Assembly (NCBI GenBank): GCA_032718475.1
Contig: JAUCBJ010008860.1
Coordinates: 23,024-87,023 of the forward strand
Direction of reading: 5' to 3'
From: Nemertoderma westbladi
Lineage: Eukaryota; Animalia; Xenacoelomorpha
Length of the DNA stretch: 64,000 bases
The notes beneath the pieces were generated by a model, which saw nothing but the letters and a program-made list of their open reading frames with translations, made no database searches and was not told where the DNA came from. Shown here one piece after another: positions 54,941 through 64,000 of the stretch (position 1 is its first letter; the number at the start of each line of letters is the position of its first letter). The position numbers were made by a program, and so were the translations under genes.

Positions 54941-57900
54941 ATCCCACCCCCCTCAGTCCAACACTTGGACGACTAAACTCCATGGTGCCCCCTCTAGCAG
55001 GCAAAATTTACCTACAGCCCTTCTGTAGGTCTTCCTTTCTTTCGCTCCTATCTTACCCCCTATCTGCACTTCCACCAATCAGACTCTTCCGTCCTCGTCG
55101 GAGTAAGTGTCTACTACTCTTGCTAGCCTCCAGTGATTGTTGATGATGGTGTCATCCGTGATGATCACCAAATCACCCTTCTTTAACGCTCTAGTGGTAT
55201 TTCTCCACTTGCTCCTCCTATGTAGTATGGGTAGGTATTCCTCGACCCACCTCCTCCAGTACTCTGCGCTTATCGCCTTACCGACTTTCCAACTCTGTCG
55301 GGAGTGTATGTCATTTGGGTCTACACCCCGCATGTCGATGGTCGCCGGCCTTTCCATTTGAAAATGACTGGGTGTCAACAACATCTAGTAATTCTGGGTC
55401 GTCATTTTCTGGGTATAGCAGTCTGCTATTGATGATGTCCTCACACTTAGCTAGCACCGTCCTTAGTACATCTTCTGTCACCATGTGGGTGTTCATCAAC
55501 TTCGTCATTAGATGCTTGGAACTACCCACTAGTCTCTCGACGCATCCTAAAGTATGCGGAACATACGGCATCCTCCTCTCCCACTTCACCTGTCGTCTTC
55601 TCATGGCTGCCCTGACTTCCTCCCCTTCCATGATGTCCAAGGCATCTGCCAGCTCGTTTTCTGCCCCCACAAAGTTGGTTCCGCTATCGGAGTATATTAC
55701 TGCGATCGTCCCACCTTTGCGGTCTCTGAACCTCTCTCTGAACCTACATGCAGTTGCATCTTGGGCGAGTTCTATCCCTACCGCCCGCGTGTTATTACAT
55801 ACGAAGATAATGCCGTAGCGCTTCTCCATGTGCCGCATCACCCTGATCTTTATCAGCCCGAACATATCTACACCGCAGTGCGTGAATGGCGGGTCATGCT
55901 GTCTCACCCTACTGGCCGGTAGTGGCGCCATCTCCTGTATGGCCCGCTCCTTCCTTGTCCGTCAGCAGGTCTGGCACTGCCCCACTACCACCTTCACCTT
56001 CTTTCTTAGCTGCGTGATCCAGAAGGTCCTCCGTATCTCCGTGAGGGTCTGGTTGGTGCGACTTGTGTGTGAATGTGTGTGTGTTATGTGAATATCAACT
56101 TGTGGGAGTCCCAAATGATCTGGTGGACTATCGGCGATCTATTTGGGATGATAATGGGTTTTGTTGGGATGATGGGGCTGTTGTTATTTAGCACTCTGGA
56201 GTTCATTACTAGGATCCCATCGTCATTGGGTTGTGGCGACAGTGTGATGAGCTCACTGTCCCGACGAAGATGTTGTTGTTTACTGACAGGCCCCACTTCG
56301 TCGCCGTAGTTCTTTCTCTGTTCATACCGAATCACGGCCTTGGCCGTGTTGCCACAATACTTCCTTCTTTAAGAAAGTATGGCGTGCCACGCCCCTCGAT
56401 AACAATTCCGCTGGGTTCTCGTCCGTTGGGCAGTAGTGCCACCTTTCCAACTCTGTCACCACCCTTATTTCGTCCACCCTATTTGCGACGAATATAGGGT
56501 ATCTCGTCTTCTCATTGAGTAGCCAACCAAGCACTACCATGGAGTCCGTCCAGTAGTGTGTTTCCACTATGTCGGGAATAGCGTCCATCAAGTAGGCTGT
56601 GGCCCGTACTCCTAATCTTGTAGCTGTCAACTCGAGTTTCGGGACCGATGCTGAATCTGGTGGCATCAACTTTGCTTTGCTGAATGCAAGTCTGGGCTTA
56701 TGAGCCCCCTCTCGTTGTACTAGGTAGAGTGCCGCTCCATATGCTTCCAATGACGCATCGGAAAACATGTGTAGATCCAGATCCGTCATGTCCCCATACG
56801 GGAAGTACACGCATGGCATGCTGTACATCCCCAACTGTTCTAAACTCTCCGTCCACTTACTCCACTGCTTGCTGATTTCTTCCGTGACCTCTGTATCCCA
56901 TTCGTCCTTTAGATTATATACTTTCTTAAGTATCTGTTTCCCCGTAACTAATAGTGGGGATGCTAGGCCTAGGGGATCGTATATCCTTGCTATGTACGAT
57001 ACATAGCCCCTCTTTGTGTGGATGTCAACGCCCTCCTGGCTCAGCTGGTACTTGAACTCGTCTGTCTCCGGTTACACACGATCCCCAGTGCCTTCTGCTG
57101 AGACTCTACTCTTTTGTTCGCCATGTCCTGTCCCTTGGCTGTTGTGAGGTTATCCATGGTCGACTCTGGCCGTCTGTCCTCTATGGCTTTCATAAACTCC
57201 TCTGAACTGGATTGGAACTTGGTCAGGTTAAACCCGGATCCCTTCAGGATGTCGCGAACCTCACGCCCTGTATCCAGTATTTCTTTAACCATGTTTCCAG
57301 ACTCCATTCCGTCGTCTACATAGAAGCCGCGTCGAATCATATCGATGGCTTTGGCGCTATACTTCTCCTCTTTCCCCTCTACTGTATCCCTTACAGCCAC
57401 AGTCGTCGTAAATAAGGACGACTTGGCCCCCATATTCTGCACCACCATCTTGTACATCGGTATTGTCGATGGTTCCTCGTCGCCGTTGTACCATAGGAAG
57501 CGCTGGCTGTCACTACACCTCCTCCGTCACACGGACTTGGTTAAACATGCCTTCAATGTCGCAGGTGAAGGCGTACCTCCCGTTTCTGAATCTCAGTAGG
57601 ACCTCGATTCCGGAATTATAGATATTGGGGCCTTCTAGCAGATAGTCGTTTAGGCACTTGCCGTTGGTTTTAGCTGATGCGTCAACTACCATCCGCAATT
57701 TACCATTCTTTGGATCTAGAGCCACGTGAAGTGGCAGGTAGTAGGTCCTGTCCGTGTTCGGTTCGTCGACCGGTAACTCCATGGTCCATCCTTTCTCGAC
57801 ATACTTCCTTATCGTCTTGTGAATGTACTCATCCTTCTCGGGGCTCCGCTTCAGTTTACGAAGCCTCGTGAGTACCATTCCCTTGTTATCTGGTAGCGGT

Positions 57901-60900
57901 AATTTTGGTTGTTTCCGCACCATCCCTATGGTGTACCGCCCCTCGTCGCATCTCATCGACTCCTTTACACTTTGTATCGCCTGTTTATCCTCTACCGAGG
58001 TTCCGACCCCGGTTTCTTTTAGTCCCTCAAAGTCCTGTCTGAGTAGTCTCCTGAGCTGCTCCTCCGCTCCTTCATCTTCCATCTCCCTCATAGTTCCCGC
58101 GAACATGCACCCTGATGTCTCCGACATCCTAAACGGAATCTTGGTTCTAATTGGGCCGCTTAGCATCCACCCGAATGGTGTTAAAATTGCCATCGGGTCA
58201 CGCTGTCTGTCTTCGCCGAAGACCGTCTGCATTCTCTCGTGGGCCGTTGGGCAGTCCATTCCCACTATAATGGATACTTTCCTAATGTCCACCTCTGGTA
58301 TCCACCTAACGTCCACTTCCGGGTTTAATCCCGTCGTCCGCGCAACCCTATCGCCTACATTATCTCTCCCAGCATGGCCTATAGTATGTGCAGTAAGGCC
58401 TACAGTATGTCCTGCAGTCTGTATGTGTCCCTCCGGACCGAAGTTTAACCTTCTCGAATAATCCAAGAAGTCCTCCCGGCGACTACTGTACCCTCGATCG
58501 GCAGCTACATCCCGTCGGGAAGTTTCTCTTCGATCCCCTCTCCTATTCTCGTCCTCGTATCGGTACGCCCTGTACCCCTCTCTCGGCGTATAGTACACCT
58601 CATTGGGTTGCGTCTCTCCGGGACGACGGCAATCTCCCGGAGTTCGACCCCACTGACTCTCCAACTCCATCTCTACTACCGATGGCTCGCTATCCGTCCT
58701 CCCTCTCCTGTCGCTTGTAACGACACTTCTTCTACTCTCTTCTCTTCTTCTCTCTGCAGTGAAGCGTCCCCGCTCGCAAGATCTCTCGTCGACCTCCCGG
58801 TTAAACTCCACTGTTCTTCTTCCCACTTCTGACTGGGCTCAACATCTCGTCACTCGCCCACTCGCAACACCAACCTCCCTCTCTCTAGCCGGTCGCACGA
58901 CGCCGGGGATATTCGTAATCACCCTACTATTCTCCATCGCCGGGTGCTGCGGTTCACCTAATTCACCCCGCGCATTATGTAGGCCTGTGGGACACTCTCT
59001 GCCCCCCCTCCCTCTCGCCTCTAATCTCTCGTTGTGGGGCACCTGTAGCCCCCCCCCCCACTCGCTACCTATCACTTCACTATCTCTCGCTTCGCCTCTA
59101 CGCCCCTCTCTAGTCGACGCACTATCTCTACTGCGGCTGGGTCTATTCACCCCCTCCTCTCCCCCTATCACTACGTGGCCTGGCAGGCTCCCGTCGGGTC
59201 GACTCACCCCCGCTACTCCCTGCGTATTAACTACGTGGCCTTCCAGGCTCCCGTCGGGGTCTCTCACCCCCGCTACCCCCTGCGCACTGATTATGTGGCC
59301 TGGCAGGCTCTCGTTGGCCGGGCCACCTATATCTGCCGCATTTATATTAACAGCACCATTATTTATATTATTTTCTAAATTATTTAAATTATTAGAGTTA
59401 TTCTGCACTGAATTCGGAATATTATTTAAATTATTTTGTATATTTGGGTTAGAATCGGGATTATTTTGTTCGTTTGAATTAAAATTATTATTTAGATTAT
59501 TTTGCGTATTTAAATTTAAATTATTTGAATTACTTTGTATATTCAAACCTAGGTTATTATTTGAATTATTTTCTATATTTAAATTAGGATCATTCGGATT
59601 TAAATTATTGTTACCGGGCAAAATATTATTTCCTGCAATGAAAGTTTGATTAGGGTTGTCTACTACGGTACTATTAATATTAACGCCTTCTAGCGTATTG
59701 TTATTATCCCCCCCCCCACCCGTACGGTCACACCAGTCTTGGGTCTGTCGTCTGGTCCCTGTAAGTGGGGTATTAACAAACGTTTCCATAACCTCTGGCT
59801 CCTCGTAAATACTACCCAAACCAGCCTCACTCTCTGATAGTCCCAACTGCGCCAGTTCTAGTCGGCGGTTCTGTTTGGCCTGATATTGCATAAGCCCCCT
59901 CAACCGGGCATGCATATCATCCCGCATACGCTTTCCCGCTCTCTCTCTCTCTCTCTATCCTCTCGCAAACTCTGGTTTGCCAACTCTGTTTCTCTCGCCA
60001 CCCGCTCTCTACGCTCGCTCTCTACCCTCGCTTCTCGCTCTCTAGGCTCGTTCATCTCTCTCTTTGCCCTTGCTACCTCCCTCGCCTCTCGTTCTTTATA
60101 TTCATTCATTTCTCTCTCCACCCTCGCTGTCTCTCTCATTTATCGTTCTTTACGCTCATTCTCTACTTTCGTCTCTCGCTCTCTACGCTCGTTCTCTACT
60201 CTCGTCTCTCGCTCTCTACGCTCGCTCTCTACTCTCGTCTCTCGCTCTTTACGTTCCTCTATCTCCCTCTCTTCTTGCTCTCTACAATTTCTCGCCACCC
60301 TCTCGGCCCTCTCTCTACACTCCCTCACCAACTCTCTCTCTATCTCTAACAACGCAGTTCCCTCATCCAACTGCCACTCTAATTCTTTCTGGTCTAGCGC
60401 CACCATGTCTAGTTGAAACGCCAGATCTATCTCCAACACCCTTCTTGCTTTTGCGGAGGATGTAGCGGACTTATCGGTCGCGACGGACTCCCGTCGCCTC
60501 TCTGTCCTACTAACTTTCCCCCGCTTTCTGGGGTTCTCACTAACCGACGAGACCGAATCCTCGTGGTTTAGCTCGGGTTGGCCCTCGTGCGGATCTGCCC
60601 AACCCACTAACTTAATTCCCCTAGCATCCACTAAATACGGCCCTACGTACACTACTTGGGGCTCCATAATCCCGGACCACCACAGTTCAAATAGTTCGGT
60701 GGCGACCCCCCTCGCTCTCTCACTCGCCAGTTCTCCCTGCCCAAAACGAACTAGGTATCTGAAATGTTTATTCGACTCACCTAGTCGCTGGCTCAACTTC
60801 CCCTGGTCTACCTTTGCTCCCTCTCTGGCCTCCTTGACCTGTTTCTTCATGGCGTTGTAGGCCCGTCGAAGCCGATCGCTGGTCCCGATGTCCTCGACGC

Positions 60901-61312
60901 TGACATCTCCTCCTCCTCTCCTGGTTCGGCGTCGTACCGGCGGCCCCACCGTCGCCGTTCCGGTGGGCCGGCCCTCACCCTCGGCCTGTGGCTGGCCGGC
61001 GACTTCGGTACTTTGACCGCCGTCGTGCGTCGACTCGTCCCCTCTTTGTAGTAGACGGCCGCCCTCTGCTTGGGCTACCGGATCGTCTCTCGTCGGCGAA
61101 TCCGGCGTTGCGGGTCGATACTGTCGCGTTGCGGCCTCGCGGATCGTTTCATTGGTATCGTCCGGGGTCCGCGGCGGTGTCCTCTCTCCCTCTAGATCTC
61201 GGGGCTCTGTGCTCATCTTTATTCTTTTGTGGTGGCTGGCAGTCACAGTTCAGCAGTTTCTAAGTTCTTTACTCTGCAGTCACAGTTTACAGTGGTTCCT
61301 GGAATTTTGCAC
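54458..61312 (-). mobile_element. Decayed BEL/Pao LTR retrotransposon (third element, different family)
   Basis: Frameshifted pol: YYLPLH...KLRMVVDAS...CLNDYLLEGP...DIEGMFNQV (RT), FYVDD, HMFSDASLEAYG...PKLEL...WTDSMVVL...NPAELLSRG (RNase H), CGVDMFG...YSDSGTNFVG...ERLV (integrase), YWRRWVEEYLP...KGDLV (DUF5641-like). N-terminal ORFs at 58839-61246. Confidence 0.9.
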
Positions 61313-61884
61313 TGTGACGGGATCAAGGGATCCCGACCGGTTTGATAAGCTACGCGTCACCGTGTTTTTGAGAAAGATAATAGTTTGTTGTTGTTATCAC
61401 TTTGATATTGTTATAGATACGTATATGGATAATATATGACAGCACAGTTGACATAATAGATAACTGACCAGTATGGACTGATTGTGATGCTGTAATGGTG
61501 ACGGTGCGAAATGTCACCGGTCTGCACTGAGTGACTGAGTAAACTAAATTGGTATGTCGATACACTGATAATATATATCTAATCATTCTTACGGTACTGT
61601 GGCCTTGTTACCTAGCAGATGCTCTCCCTCGCCCCTATTGGCTAACAACCTACTCCACGCCTCCCACCTCTGTGGGAGTGCTTCCCCCCGCTGTTGGTTA
61701 TCTGCCCTCTCGAGGTGGTTTGACCTCTAACCTCCCTTTGTGTGGCTTTTGGGGATTGTCTTATCCCGTTATTGGGTGTGATACGAGATTGAATGTTATT
61801 AATCTCGTATCTCCAATATTGCTGAAAAAGGGTGCCACTTCCCAACTTTATGGGGATAGTGAGGCGGAATTGAATCCGCTCACA
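61313..61884. mobile_element. Possible solo LTR of an unrelated element
   Basis: Only imperfect inverted termini TGTGACGGGA ... TCCGCTCACA and an LTR-like size; no TSD or second copy. Confidence 0.25.
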
Positions 61885-62146
61885 ATATCTTCCCTGTTCA
61901 TACAGTATATCTCAGTACGTTTCTTTGAATGGCGAGTATGATTAATAACAGTGGAAGACTACCTATAGAGCAATATTAGTACAGTAGTACAGTAGCTACT
62001 GCATATTAGTAGTACTGTAAGGTTGTGTGTGTAGGCCCATTTTCTGTCTTGAACGGTAGTTCCCGTTTACAGCTCAATGAGAGCGCCAACTTTGATCAGT
62101 GTTATTATTATAAATTAAAGATACCCAAGCGACGACAGTAGGCCTA

Positions 62147-63037
62147 CGGTGGTGATTTTGGGCCATACAAAATATGCCTAATAAAAAAGGCTGTAAAACA
62201 AATTAAGAATATTTTTATGAAAAAGTTAGGAATATTTATTTAAAAAGTTAGGAATATTTATTTATAAAGTTAGGAATATTTATTTAAAAAGTTAGGAATA
62301 TTTATTTAAAAAGTTAGGAATATTTATTTAAAAAGTTAGGAATATTTATTTAAAAAGTTAGGAATATTTATTTAAAAAGTTAGGAATATTTATTTAAAAA
62401 GTTAGGAATATTTATTTAAAAAGTTAGGAATATTTATTTAAAAAGTTAGGAATATTTATGTAAAAAGTTAAGAATATTTTTATTAAAAGTTAAGTTGATA
62501 CTAAAAAAAGGAATACTATAAAAGGTAATAAATCAGCATAGTTTCTCGTTTAGGAAAAATATTTGGAGACAAAACAGGACGAGGCAACAAGGCTAAGGAC
62601 ACGAGTGTTGTACAACAAAAATGTCTTATTTAACTCAAATAGAGCCCTAGTTAGTAGCGATCTATCATTTATAAAATTAAACCTACAGGTAACTTGGTAC
62701 GTTTGCACTACATCTATCATAATAGATGTTGGGACAAAGTTAAAAGTTAATAGTATTGCGGTTCAAGATGGTTGTTCGTGGATGTATACAACAGTACAAA
62801 GATCATACAAAATTTTGTTTCTTGATAGTGCGTCAACAAATTACGACCCGTTTGTGGTCGGAAATTACATTCTCCGTGCTGTCTGTCGAACAACTTTAAA
62901 AGGATGCCACATGATTTTCTGAATGAATATTTTCTGAAAAAAAATGTTTCAGAAAAATATTCCTAATTTGTTCTCACAGCAAATATTTTAGGCACACACT
63001 GTATTGTGTTATTTGTGTTGGCCCCAAATCACCACCG
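62147..63037. mobile_element. MITE with TA target duplication
   Basis: TIR CGGTGGTGATTT(T/G)GGGCCA at both ends, flanked by TA (62145-62146, 63038-63039). Confidence 0.8.
62220..62492. repeat. 21-bp tandem repeat AAAAAGTTAGGAATATTTATTT-type, ~12 copies, inside the MITE
   Basis: Directly visible; the unit is 21-22 bp depending on the A/T run. Confidence 0.93.
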
Positions 63038-63349
63038 TAAGAGACTTTCCTAGTATGTACCGGTACCGGTACATTACAGTTATAGTATACTATACTAAGT
63101 ATATTCCATACTGTTGATGGGCACTCGTTGACAACCACATATCATTTCATACAGAAATACACTAAGTACACATATTAGTAATATATTAGATGTCTTTCTT
63201 ATGTAGGCCTACTGCGTATCCCATTCCATGATTATTTATTGAGAAATTTAAACTTTTCGATTATTATATAAAGAAATTGCTTGCAATTTGCTGAAAAGCA
63301 ACTTGCTTGGGCAGCCACCAAACATCGAGGTCAGCCCTACTGTACAAGG

Positions 63350-64000
63350 AAAATATATGACAAGACACTACCTATAGAAACAGGGGACTTCACACCTGCC
63401 GAACTCCAAAGAAGCATTAAAAGTATGTCCAATAATAAAGCGAGTGGATTAGATGAAATCCCAGCGGAGGTATGGAAAACCGGAGAGCTAAACAGACCAT
63501 TATTGAATGTTTGCAACCGGATGTTAAAAGGGGAAAAGCCACCACCAATTTGGACTAAAGGTCAACTAAAGCCTCTCCCCAAGAAAGGAGACCTCGGCAT
63601 ACCAACAAACTATCGTGGGATCTGTCTGCTTGTGGTAGCTGCCAAAATATACAATAAAATGATTCTATATAGGATTAGGCCTCACATAGAGAAACTACTG
63701 CGTAAGAGCCAAAACGGATTTAGACCAAGTAGATCAACAATAGCTCAGATACTTGCACTACGGAGACTGATTGAAGGAATTAAGTCAAAGAATCTCCCCG
63801 CAGTCATGACTTTTGTGGACTTCAAGAGGGCATTCGACTCCATCCATAGAGGTAAAATGCTTGAAATCCTAAGAGCTTATGGAATACCAGAAGTAATTGT
63901 TGCTGGCATTGGATTGTTATATTGTGACACAGAAGCGCAGGTACTCTCACCAGATGGTGAAACTGAGTTTTCTCAATCCTGGGTGGCGTACTGCAAGGTG
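63350..64000 (+). pseudogene. RTE-type LINE reverse transcriptase fragment running off the window end
   Basis: Hand translation gives NKASGLDEIPAEVWK, PLPKKGDL, NYRGICLL, QNGFRPSRST, FVDFKRAFDSI, YGIP; same type as the 26026 fragment. Confidence 0.88.

Overview
Repeat-saturated eukaryotic (metazoan-type) DNA, not a prokaryotic locus: no CRISPR, rRNA or tRNA genes were seen. There are two host genes, both on the minus strand. One is a 5-exon C1orf43/NICE-3 homologue (CDS 22108 to 3399), which I assembled by hand from GT-AG junctions because the ORF track does not show it. Its introns are filled with satellites, MITEs and LINE fragments. The other is an intronless nucleolin-like gene (26865-28670). 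From 29.3 kb onward the window is a retroelement cluster: two tandem copies of a non-autonomous BEL/Pao LTR element (Gag+protease only, RT and integrase absent), an intact CRE-like RLE non-LTR element, a decayed BEL/Pao element and LINE/MITE fragments. Most notable: (1) tandem arrays made from the C1orf43 exon/intron junctions themselves; (2) the Gag-PR-only BEL family, whose 2.8-kb leader has a duplicated ~289-nt G.U-rich RNA hairpin with a core homogenised within each element, plus a cluster of consensus 5' splice sites and a junction that suggests self-targeting. All family assignments come from motif recognition by eye; no database search or folding program was run.
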